Shown: piece after piece, positions 14,309-26,550 of the stretch | How positions within the stretch are numbered: position 1 is the first letter of the stretch | Layout: the number at the start of each line of letters is the position of its first letter | Assembly: GCA_951406725.2 (NCBI GenBank) | Contig: OX597814.1 | Span: 120,466,001-120,530,000, forward strand | Direction of reading: 5' to 3' | Length of the DNA stretch: 64,000 nt | Source of the DNA: Octopus vulgaris | Taxonomy: Eukaryota | Program-made: the position numbers and the translations under genes | Notes under the pieces: generated by a model | Database searches by the model: none | Told to the model about the DNA's origin: nothing | What the model saw: only the letters and a program-made list of their open reading frames with translations

Positions 14309-15579
14309 TATAGTGTGGAAGTTTAGGTGGGGTAAAGGAACTAGAAGAAAGGAAAATGGAATGAGGAACCTGGCGTAGACAAGAAAAAAATAGTCTTTGA
14401 AGGAAAATATGAACATCTACATCCATACAACTGGCATATGAATGTAAAATGTATTTGGAAAAAAAATGGTCATGAAAAGATGGAGAGAGCGCACAGAAGA
14501 CCCGTCGGAGAATGAATAATCTGGAAATCCTTCACCATAGAGCCTTGTAGGCCAAAAAGTTTATAGTCTAAGGTTGAAAATAGTGTCAGGGAAATGACAA
14601 AAGGTAGGGCTCGGGTGCCAAATGCAATAACACGTGAAGTGTTAAAATCACTAGAGGACTATGAGTTTGGCAAATTCACACGCATTTTTATTGCTGTTTA
14701 TATCTCTAATCAACTCTTTGATTAATTTAAAACATTAGTGTATAACCCTCTCGAATAATAAAAGTTAAGGTTAATATGTACTCTGATTTCAGGTGCATTA
14801 TTTTCCTGAAATATTTCTTTCTATCAGATAAGAATAAATAAGAAACAAATCAAATACAGAAATCTAAGTGAACGTTGCACTTTAGAGTCTACAGTTCTAC
14901 AAGATTTGCCCACATCTACTTCAATATCGAAGCCCAGAAGCAAGTGCATCAACATAAATTCTATTTGCTAGCGTCATTCGCTATGCAAAAACATTTGATT
15001 GCGTACACTAGAGAGAGATCATCAGCTCTTTAGAGACTGCCGGCTTACAAAGAAAGGAGATTAGAATTATCTCTGTTGTATTGGAATTATAAAGGCGGCC
15101 ATCAAAATTATCAGAGCCAACAGAAATCAAAAGCGGAAAGAAAAGGATATGTGTTATCGCTATACCTATTTAATATCTAAACTAACTATATATTCAGAGA
15201 GTCAAATGAGATCAAAAGACACGGTCAATCACCTGAACATAATCAAATATAAGAATGAAAAGAGTTCGTCACCTCAAAAGACAGCACTGTATCTATGAGT
15301 GAGGTTAGCAAACTGTTATATTATGTCACTCGATATTATACATACATGTATGAATACATACAAGCATGCGCGTGTATGTGTGCGCGCACGTGTGTATGTA
15401 TATATATATATATATGCAAGTATGTATGTATTCCTACTTATATTTATGTATGTGTGTGTTGTACGTTTTTCAGCCCCAAAGACTTTGGACATGCTGGTTC
15501 ATCGTCGTTTAAAATTTTAAGGCCCCGGTGCGGAGTATCTATCACATATGAAAGAATTTTAATGTCTCAACAGGAAACA

Positions 15580-15770
15580 AGGCGGTGAGCAAACAGAATC
15601 GTTAACACACCGGGGGACATGCTTAGCTGCAGTTCGTTCCTCTTTACGATCAGAGTTTAAATGACTCAGATTCAACTTTGTCTTTCATCCGTTCCATATC
15701 GATGAAATAAGTATCGGTGCGGGTATCGGCTATCCACTATACCCAAATTCAAGATTTGGGCCTGCTTTTA
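15580..15770 (+). mobile_element. Degenerate SINE family B
   Basis: ggcggtgagcaaacagaatcgttaacacaccggg head; ctttcatccgttcc core. Confidence 0.7.
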
Positions 15771-16240
15771 AAGGTAATATTTCGAAAAAAGAAAAATAAG
15801 GTAGCAAGCTAGAAGAACGTATAAGAATACAAGACAAGGTTCTCAAATGCGGCGACTGTCTTTCATGTTTTCAGTGAAAATAAAATAATTACCAGGCAAA
15901 TACTGGGCTCCATGTGTTCGACGTTTCCTTTCCCACAAAATCTGCTCAGTTATTACCAAAATCTGAAACCAATATTATAAAACAAAACAGTTCAAGGAAT
16001 AACGCCTGCGCATCACTTCTTGGTGAACATTGAGATATACTGTGAAGATAATGTCACCTTCTTGTAGAAGCCGTTAATCGAAGCTTGAAGCCCCATACAA
16101 TTTAAGCGGCGAAACGTATACATATGAACACACACGCGCACGTGCACACACAAACATATGGATAGCGAAGTACATTTCACATACTTATATATGCTTAGAT
16201 ATAATACCTTTTTGCATTGGAATATATTAATAAAGGTTGA

Positions 16241-16468
16241 AGGCGGCGAGCTGGCAGAAATGTTAGCACGCCGGGCGAAATGCGTAGCCGTATTTCGTCT
16301 GCAGTTACGTTCTGGGTTCAAATTCCGCCGAGGTCGACTTTGCCTTTCATCCTTTTGGTGTCGATAAATTAAGTACCGGTTCACTGGGGTCGATGTCATC
16401 GACTTAATCCGTTTGTCTGTCCGTGTTTGTCCCCTCTGTGTTTAGCTCCTTGTGGGTAGTAAAGAAAT
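16241..16468 (+). mobile_element. SINE family B (B1-type tail), full length
   Basis: A-box-like gctggcagaaatgttagc, B-box gggttcaaattcc, central gaggtcgactttgcctttcatcc...gtcgataaattaagtacc. Confidence 0.95.
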
Positions 16469-16719
16469 ATATATTAATAAAGTTTAAGTTATTTGTAAAT
16501 ACTTGTGTATTGGCCACATACCGTCTTTGTTATTGGCTGTTTATATGCATTCTAAAGTGCATAACACCTTTAAAATAAGAGAGTAAATCCTAATTTTTCA
16601 TATCATCATCGACACATCATAGTTTTTTCTTTCACCTACTTCTCCTCTACCATCTCGTTGATTTTATTATTCTATTTATTGTTGGTGTCCTTGTTGTTGT
16701 TAGTCTTCTTGTACTTCTG

Positions 16720-16745
16720 TATCATCATCATCATCATCGTCGTCG

Positions 16746-16780
<35 letters not shown>

Positions 16781-17095
16781 TTCATCATCGTCATTGCCAT
16801 CATCATCATCATCGCCATTATCATCATCGAAATTATCATCGTCATCGTCTTCGTCATCATCATCATCATCATCATCAACATCATCATCATCTTTTTCTCT
16901 TCCTCCCCACCCCCCTTCTTTCCTTCCCCTTCTCGTATTCTACCTTCTCCTTCACTTCATCCCTACTTTTCTTTTTTTATCGTTTTTTCTCTTCGTCATC
17001 TTATTTTCTTTATTCTTTCTTCTTCTTCTTCTCTTCTTCTTCTTCTTCTTCTTCTTCTTCTTCTTCTTCTTCTTCTTCTTCTTCTTCTTCTTCTC
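16720..17095. repeat. Compound (CAT)n / pyrimidine-rich / (CTT)n microsatellite block
   Basis: Directly visible. Confidence 0.95.
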
Positions 17096-17662
17096 ATTAT
17101 CCTTTTGAACCTCCTTTAACGAACGTATACGTGGAATATGCACCACACCCTGTACTTAACCAATTTGTTCTTCGTGTTATTATTTTTTTTACAACATACA
17201 GTTTGAATTTGCCCCCAAAACAACATGTCAAATTTGTAATTTAAAATTTTCATTTTCACATTGTTCTGAATATTTTTTCTGTAAAATGTTCGATTCAGAA
17301 AAAGAAAAGAATAAAAATGTCCAACGGAATGACGTAGAAAGAATAATTATTCGTAGGCGAATTCCATTTTGGCTTCTCGTTAATGAGCGTTTTGCCAAAA
17401 ATATTCCCGTATTTTGGTGCGAAAGTTTTCAGGTTAAGTAAGTGAGAGGTTTCGCGGCATTAACCGGAAATTGCATAACAATCAGTGGGATATTTTAATG
17501 CTAGTGGAATGTGAAACTGGGTAGTGGTGAAATAACGAATGTTTCGAAAGTGGTACCGTAATGTTTGTCATAAGAACTGTTACAAAGATAGCTTTCTATA
17601 AATTTCTCGTTAATAATGGGAGGAATCGAAAAATAAGCAGTTACCTGAAAAATAGTAGTAAT

Positions 17663-18058
17663 ACTCTTTTATTTGTTTCAGTCATTTGACTGTAGCCATG
17701 CTGGAGCACCGCCTTTAGTCGACTAAATCAATCCCAGGACTTATTTTTGTAAGCCTAGCACCTATTCTATCGATCTATTTTGCAGAACCGCTAAGTTACA
17801 GGGACGTAAACACACCAGCATCGGTTGTCAAACGATGCTGGGGGGACAAACACAGACACACAAACATACACACACACACACACACTCACACATATATATA
17901 TATATACGACGGGCTTCTTTTCAGTTTCCGTCTAACATATCCAATCACAAGGCTTTGGTCGACCCGAGGCTATAGTAGAAAGAACACTCGCCCAAGGTGC
18001 CACGCAGTGGGACTGAATCCGGAACAATGTGGTTCATTAGCAAGCTACTTACCACACA
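17663..18058 (-). mobile_element. SINE family A; 5' end abuts (AAT)n
   Basis: Alignable to the other copies. Confidence 0.95.
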
Positions 18059-18088
18059 ATAATAATAATAATAATAATAATAACAATG

Positions 18089-18157
<69 letters not shown>

Positions 18158-18169
18158 GCAACAACATGA

Positions 18170-18285
18170 AAAATACCTTAGGAATAAGAACCCAGTTTCG
18201 AAATTTCCCGAAGACACCTGATGAAGGCTGGATTTTATATTAACCGAAACGTTATATCCGTCAAATGTAAATAATATAAATAATA
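18170..18285 (+). ncRNA. Short Penelope-type repeat with a minimal hammerhead-ribozyme core (partly deleted)
   Basis: gacac-CTGATGA-a-ggctg..taacc-GAAAC-GTT at 18213-18253; same repeat family as 49660-49910. Confidence 0.6.
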
Positions 18286-19142
18286 TATCAAAATATGTTT
18301 TTAGAGTGTTTTTAGACAACTGAAATTTTGAAAAAAATGAAATTTTGAGAATTATAATCAATGTATCATTCTATGCTTGTGTTAATTATATTCAATGTTT
18401 TCTTTGATTTTCTAAGATGTTAGATGCACGTGATCTTGTAGTGGTGGGGTGCGGGAGGAGTCAATATTTGCCTGCTACTTTTAGCATGTCCAGCCAACCT
18501 TATGATATCTCGCCTGGCTGGCAAGTGCATATGAACGAACAAGTTTAAATTCTTCGAAAAATTGGTGTAGGCCTTTGAAAGCCGAAAATTGTATTTACAG
18601 GAAGGGTTATAAAAAAATCAAATTGAAGTTTTGAAAAAAAAAAATCCCTGTCAGTTGCAATCTCCTTGAATATAGAATTTTGAAAGTATAAAATACAAAA
18701 ACAACATTAAAAATAAAAGAAACAGAAGAGTCAAGAAAAAGAAATTAAAAACAAAACTTGGTGTTGAAGAGGAAATCTAAAATTTGATAAGCTGTCTAAT
18801 TTTTTTCCTTTTTTGCCGCAGTGGTAATCTCTGTTGTTTGAAATCACAGAAATTCGAAGGAAAATCTGGCGTGTAACGCCCGTTACAATACCGCAATTAC
18901 TTTTCTTTGCTATGGCCTTTAACTACCACAATTATTCAGAGTAAATTAAATACGTAGTATTTTAAAACCTCCACAATCAAATTCAGTATGTTCGTTCAAA
19001 TTAATACCCGTCGGTGTTGCTGATTGTATGTTGAAGTGACATTTTCGTCGTTGGGTGACAGTATTGCAGGGTGAGTAACTTAATCACCTCTGCCGTGCCT
19101 GCATCTTTTTTGATACATATCTGTATCCCTTAGTACACTTAC

Positions 19143-19242
19143 CCCACAACCACAATCATGAATACAACGATCGTAGCACCCATGGAACTGCAGGGTATGG
19201 CAAGTATCACAATATGAGATAAGACAAGTATTATTCCACAAA
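19143..19242 (-). CDS. Candidate internal exon of a multi-pass membrane protein (MFS transporter, SLC17-like)
   Basis: Acceptor ttttcttcag and donor GG|gtaagt; open frame CGIILVLSHIVILAIPCSSMGATIVVFMIVVVG with two hydrophobic stretches; no repeat similarity seen. Confidence 0.45.
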
Positions 19243-20864
19243 CTGAAGAAAATCTTGGTAATCACAATTTGAAACAGATATCTGTTTCCGAGGTATTATT
19301 TTCCTACATCTTCTCATCTTCTCTATCTTCTTTGTAATCTTTTCCGCATTTTCGTCTTCTCTTATACATTCTCCATCAATTTTGTTCCCTCCTTCTACCT
19401 TTCCCACCCTACTGTCATCTTTCTTTCTTTATTACTTCCCCTGTTTACTTTTGTTATTTTTTTATATCTTGTTGTTATTCATCTTACTGTTTCCTCTATC
19501 GTCTCATATTTCTTCTTGCGGTGTATATATTTTCCGATAGTTTTTCTTATTTGATTAAATTTCTCTTATCTTCTATCATTTCAGATAACTACACCTTGAA
19601 ATAATTTGAAATGTTTCCTGTAAAATTTCGTTGTCATAAAACATTATACTGTTTTACTGCATTAATAATGTCATATCATTTCTGGTATAGAATGCAAATA
19701 GAAGTTTCTGTTTTCCAAAATGATAAGTAAAAAAACATAAATGTTACAAGACTATCAGCTTTCGTCACCGATAAATATTTGCACGTCATGAAAAAAGAAA
19801 AAAAAACGCCAGATATATTTTTAGATCGATATAGTAGATTCAATGAAAAATGAAACCTGTTGAATATTGTTATAGTGAATAATTTAATCCATTATCTTTA
19901 TACAACAATATCTCGGTCTTTATACGACCTTTTGTTTATTATCCATAATTTATTTGGTCTGTTAGTTTAATGGTTCTTTGATACGTGGCTTGTTGAACGC
20001 GTATTTTATTACAGTGAATATTTTTTTTTACATTGATATAGAATAAAAATAGTTTCTGTGACAAATATATTTGATTTTCTAGTTGTATGCACAATAACCT
20101 AATCTTGAGATATATCAAAGAATGTGAGAAAAAAGAAGTAGAAAAGTGTAATTGTTTCTTTGGAAGCTAACATACAAATTGTTTTTCACTGACGTTGTGT
20201 TTCATTATCTCCTGCACTTGTTCTTCAGCCTGGAGTCTGCAAACATCTGTACACCTTATACAAACTGACTGTCATGTGCTTTTTGTTTTTCCATCGCTAA
20301 ATTTCAATACGATTCTTTGTTGTGAAGACTCACATATGTTCCTAAAGTCAATTACGTAAACTAAGTATTAAAATTATGTTATTTTGCTAACGACACTCGT
20401 TTCTATGGACATTTATCCAAAAGAAAAAGAAAGATAATCAGAAAATAAGAAATTTAATTAGAGAAAATTATTTTCAACATGTGTATTTTCCTTTCACGTT
20501 TGATTCTACTCAACGTGCTGTTTTATGGTTTGCCTTATTGCAAAACTATTTCTGCTGCATCGATTGCCAATTACAGTGAAGAGTTCTTGCTGTTTATTTA
20601 CAATTACTTTCAAATTGACAGGTGTTAGTAATTTTCACAGTTCTCTTCTTGACATATGTTTTATACAGTGAAAACAAAGCTATCATTATTGATATGTGGT
20701 TGTTAACACTTTCTCATAAACCAAATTCACTTTGTCCAATTTAAATTGTGATTCCGAAGTTTTTTCTTCAGTTTTTGGACAAAATACTTTTCTTGAATCA
20801 TATATATTGTCAGTTACATGCCGTATAATTTTCTGTCATATCTTAGAGAGATGGAAGCTAAGAT

Positions 20865-21050
20865 ACGGCATATTGTGGTTTCAAATTTTAGCACACACCA
20901 TCAATGTTGGGAGGCGGTTAGGATGATTAATTCGACCCCACTGCTCAACGGCTACATATTTTATTGACCACCAAATGATGGAAAGTGAAGTCAACCTCGG
21001 CGGAATTGAACTTAGAACGTAAAGTCAAACGAAATACCACTAAGCATTAG
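20865..21050 (-). mobile_element. Degenerate SINE family B
   Basis: aagtcaacctcggcggaattgaact...gaaataccactaagcat. Confidence 0.8.
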
Positions 21051-21655
21051 GAGCTTATTCAGCTTTACGTTTGCTATCAAAGTGCAAGTTTTACACTGTG
21101 AAATGTTAGAAAAAAATTTCGTTGAATTTGCGTGGATAATGACATGTGTAGTTCGTAATTTATTGTGAATACTTTGCTTACTTCACTCTATGGCAGTTTA
21201 CACAAATAAGGTTGTGACTCGCATCGTCAATATAATTAGTTGTATTTCTGTATGCTGCAATATCTACTTCCAGCAGTAAGGTGTTCGATTGTTTCAGCCA
21301 TGTTTTCTTAATTTTACTGACTTGCTTCGCACTTGTTTAATAATAAAGGATGTTTCATGAGATTTGGTAAGAAGTCAGGAATAGTGTAATGCAAAATTGC
21401 TCGATATGCACTAAGAACTCAGTGTACATTTGAGATGTAGAGTGAATCTAGGTTTGATGCCATTAGTTTACAGCTTGATTTATTTGTATTAATTTCGACA
21501 AAGGATATGATTCGTGCATTAAAGCCAAACGATAATAACGTGATTGGTTACGTTTTTGTACAAATATATATCAGAGGGTAGCTTTGAGGAGTGTTCGAAG
21601 GAGATGCTTGGTATTTCTAAGTCTGTTAGGATAATTCATATATATATATATATAT

Positions 21656-21744
<89 letters not shown>

Positions 21745-22059
21745 CCTGTCTATATTTTTAGAGTCGAAGCATGTAAGATATGTATAATGAATACATGCTA
21801 AGTTAGATGCTTTGTAACTTCCACCCTGAATTTAAATATACTTCTTTAGCGTAATACATAAGTTATGAAATTTGGGGCATCTTTGTCGTTTCGTTTGTCT
21901 GTGAAGAGATTACATATCAGCTGGGATACTGTTTTAGGTTACTAGGTATCAGAATCGGTGTATCATCTCCTATAAGAAAAGAAAAAAATCGGCAATACGT
22001 AAATACATACACATACATACACATATATGTATATACCCTCACACATATGTGTAGATATG

Positions 22060-22115
<56 letters not shown>

Positions 22116-22353
22116 GACATATATGTATGCTTATATATGTATGTATATATATATATATATATATATCCATTTATATATATATATGTATATATATATATCC
22201 ATTTATATATATATATATAAACATATATGTATGCTTATATATGTATATATTTACATAAATGTACACTTATACACATATATACATATATAGATTATCTATT
22301 ATATCTATATCTATTTATATATTTATATAAATAAGTATACGTGCATTATGTAC

Positions 22354-22391
<38 letters not shown>

Positions 22392-22748
22392 ATATGTATA
22401 TGTGTGAGTGCGTGTGAGTATGTGTGACTCTGTATGTGTGTGTTTGTGTGTACATGTACTTAAGCTATTATCTTGCTAAGAAATAAAGATAACAGATTAT
22501 ACACACGTTGTGGAAGTTTCTGGAACATTTGTAAGGTAATTACTTTTCCTGTTATTCAGTTCTTTGAACGAGAAATGCTTGTACCTGTCAAAACGTGCTT
22601 TCCAATCTTGTTATGTCACTTCAATAAACAATTCTGTATTTGTTAACGTTACTTCGCCGTTTGCCACCACACGGTACATACATCCCCTTATACTTACATA
22701 CATACATACACACATACAGACTTATATATATATAAATATAAATATATA

Positions 22749-22801
<53 letters not shown>

Positions 22802-23619
22802 CCAGACTTATATATATATATGTGTGTGTGTGTGTCTGTGTGTGTATGGAGGAGTAACTATGTGTTTGTTTGAGTGTGTTTGTGTGTGTCTCTTTATGTA
22901 TCACTATGTTCCTATGTATGTGTACTTATGACTGAATTTATGCCTGTGTACATACCTTCGCGCGCACACACGTATGTATTACGTGCAATATACATTTATA
23001 ATTTTATACTGACATACATATAATGGCATATATACCCGAAAACCCTGACGCGTATTCACACACATACACTTCTTAATATATCTGTATATGTCAAGATGTA
23101 TTTACAAGGAACAAGCAAATATCTGTCTACACAATATTTACATTCAAATACTAAGGAGACAGCGATATGTTCAGAACACTGTCTTCATAGTAAGAATCAT
23201 TTTAGCAATCTCTGTAAGTTATGGAAAGAAATTGTTCTTAACGGTAATAGACTTAGTCTGAGTTGGCTCATCATGTACTTCAGCACCCCAAGCGTCAGAT
23301 ACGCTGTTATTTGTAAATCTGTAACAAATCCAGCAAAGCCACTGGTTATGAGCCACGAAAGACGAGATTACAAGTGGCTTTCAAATATCATATGTTCACA
23401 ACATTATTCGTAAAACAGTCTGGTGGTCAGACTGCAGTTTTTGTGTGTGAAACGCTGTTTAGGGTTCCACTGAAACAATAATTCTGTATTATTTAATATA
23501 CCTAGAAAAATACGCATATGCACGCATATAACCATATCTACATAAAAATGTTGATCTTTTTACTTTACTATTAATGTTGCTGCAAATGTTTTGTTAAAGT
23601 TGCTGTTTCATTTCAGATA

Positions 23620-23955
23620 TCATCAGACAAAATGTAATTGAAATTCATTAAAATGACAGATCTATTGGACTTTCAAGACGTCAAATTGTTGGCGCACGTA
23701 CGGCAGGCGCTAGCGTAATGAAAACAGCCGAATTGTTTGGTATATCAAGAATTATTGTCTCGAACATAATGACAGCTTTTGAGAAAGATTAAAAAACCTC
23801 GAAACAATAATCCGGAAGAAAACCAAAACTTTCAGTTGGAGACCGTCGGACTCTTACTCGAATTGTTAGAAAAGATCACAAACGTGCAGCTCCCAAAATT
23901 ACTACGGATCTTAATGACCACCTCGGGAACCCAGTTTCCACAAAAACTGTTCAAT
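23620..23955 (+). mobile_element. Tc1-like transposase N-terminal (HTH) relic
   Basis: MTDLLDFQ/RQIVGARTAGASVMKTAELFGISR and GRKPKLSVGDRRTLTRIVRKDHKRAAPKITTDLN, across frameshifts. Confidence 0.8.
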
Positions 23956-25548
23956 GAAGTCTTGAAGCAAGGAAAGTGACAGAATATGAAATCAATATTA
24001 TCATGTGGAACAGTTGCAAAAGGTTTCAGCTTAACATGTCTAGACAGGACAATCTGTAGTGACCATCGGCTCAATGTGCAACTAAACTGCAGGAGGTTTA
24101 AACCAAGCTCGGAAAAGCAACATTGAATGATCGATAGCGGAGCAGAAATTCACTTACGAGTCAAACTTAATAAAATGCATACCAGGTGGTAGTGGTGTCC
24201 ACTTTCGGTATTGATAGAAAGCATTTATTTGTACTGCGATTACTTACTATTCAAAATCGTGAGACAGACAACTCTCTAAAATAATTCGGAAGAATAATTT
24301 GAGCATCAACATTTCCACTGGCAAATGTAAAATGTTCAATAAATGCAGAGAGCTCGGATACAAAGACATGTTCTTCTCACAGCTCCCAATATGTGATCGA
24401 GTTCAGGGAGATTCTGATCGAGTTAAAAAGATGCAGTTAAAAAAACGTGATGCTACAATCGTTATTATATAGGCAGTTTGTTTTTGCAGATATGGAAGGA
24501 GTACGTATGTTCTATGTAGGGGTGTGATAAAACAAATAATATTCTCATTCCAAATAAGTAGGAATCCTGAAAAAAACAATAAATAAACGCCTTTTCAAGA
24601 TAAAATAATTTTCACGAAAGTGTATATTGAGGCCTTAGCTTTTATTCGTAGAGACATACACAGTTACAATAATCAGGATTATGCACTATTTGAAAATTTC
24701 CCAAGTGCGAGCTTGTATAATTTTGCTGCATCGGGCATCCTTTATGTTTTCATAATTGGTATCCATTTAACATAATAGCATTATAATCGCATATAATTTT
24801 CTAAGTATGTGTAATAAGAAAAAATGTATTAACGAAATAATGCGCTGAAATATACTAAAAATATTTAAGCTTTTCCTGAAAGAAATGCTTAGAAAATATT
24901 TCAATTGCTATATATTCTATAGCTTTAAATATACTGAGAAGATTCAACGAGCAGTTAGTGTGTCAGTGTTATATTCAGTCAACACAGAAATTAGGAGTGG
25001 GACTGGTAAAATCCAGGTTAAATAACGTTTCTAGCTAGAAGACCTTCTGATGTAATAATTATTGAACTAGGAGTACTCGGCCAGCAACTATTGTTCCTGA
25101 ACGTCGCTTTCTATATTTACCACGGACTGCTCGAAAATTACAACCTTCCTACACTTAGATCGCTGGATATTATAATTACACACGCACGCACACATACGCA
25201 CGGGCATGCACAAACGCACACGCGCACACATTTACAGAAAATCACACACGTATATATGCATATAATTTATAAACTTTCAAGGGAATATGGAATAGTTCCT
25301 ATAATTGGAAATTTGGAATTGGCTCCAGGACGCAAAATAACAAGTAAATATTGGTTTGAAAACCTTTGGATAGAATAAAGTGGAAAATCTATCCCAAAAG
25401 GTTTATCTGCCGAATATTTACATACGCCTATTTATAGGTTTCAATATAGCTCGAGACCCAGTTTGTACATACAAACACTGACTCACACAAACACACACAC
25501 ATACATACTACACACATGTGCACACGCACATACTATACACACACAAAC

Positions 25549-25655
<107 letters not shown>

Positions 25656-26071
25656 TGTGTAATAAAAGAAGGAAAATGCACAGAATTTACATATATTAAA
25701 TGAAAGTATATTCTGGTTTAATGTCCTGTTTCGCTTTCGCCAATTGAATGTCTTGTGGATTCGTATTTTCTTAAGAGGTTTTAATCTATGTTCTTTTTTA
25801 AAAGTATGCGAATGAATCAACTTTCGCAAACTTTCATACAAGAACATGGACAAAAAAAGTCTTAAGAATATATACAGTCACAATAATTCCGATGTCATGT
25901 TTAGCCAAAGCGAAACTGGTCGACAAACTCTTTCATTTAAAATATATTTAATCTATGTAGACGGAGTGCGTTTTCCTACTTTTATTATATATATATATTT
26001 TTTGCATTACAAATCACACTCTGGAGATGATCGAAATTCTCTTCCTCCTTTTTCTTACTATATATATATAT

Positions 26072-26281
26072 TCTCTTTTATTCTCTTTTACTTGTTTCAG
26101 TCATTTGACTGTGGCCATGCTGGAGCACTGCCTTTAGTCGAGCAAATCGACCCCCGGACTTATTCTTTGTAAGCCTAGTACTTATTCAATCGGTCTGTTT
26201 TGCTGAACCCCCAAGTTACGAGGACGCAAACACACCACTATTGGTTGTCAAGCTATGTTGGGGGAACAACAATATACCCAC

Positions 26282-26379
<98 letters not shown>

Positions 26380-26536
26380 GACGGGCTTCTTTCAGTTTCC
26401 ATCTACCAAATCCACTCACAAGGCTTTGGTCGGCCCGAGGATACAGTAGAAGACACGTGCCCAAGGTGCCACGCAGTGGGAATGAACCCGGAACCATGTG
26501 GTTGGTAAACAAGCTACTTACCACACAGCCACTCCT
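26072..26536 (-). mobile_element. SINE family A with expanded internal (CA)n(TA)n
   Basis: Alignable to the other copies. Confidence 0.95.
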
Positions 26537-26550
26537 ATATATATAAGTGG

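Noticed and set aside
13803-14426. 207-aa poly-Tyr/poly-Ile ORF and the many similar YI/CV/HT/YLSI-repeat ORFs
   Set aside because: These are translations of microsatellites that lack stops in some frames; there is no coding signal.
17392-17440. Minus-strand LNLKTFAPKYGNIFG resembling the SLC17 'N..DIAP.YAG' motif
   Set aside because: There is an in-frame stop just upstream with no AG acceptor between it and the motif; probably chance.
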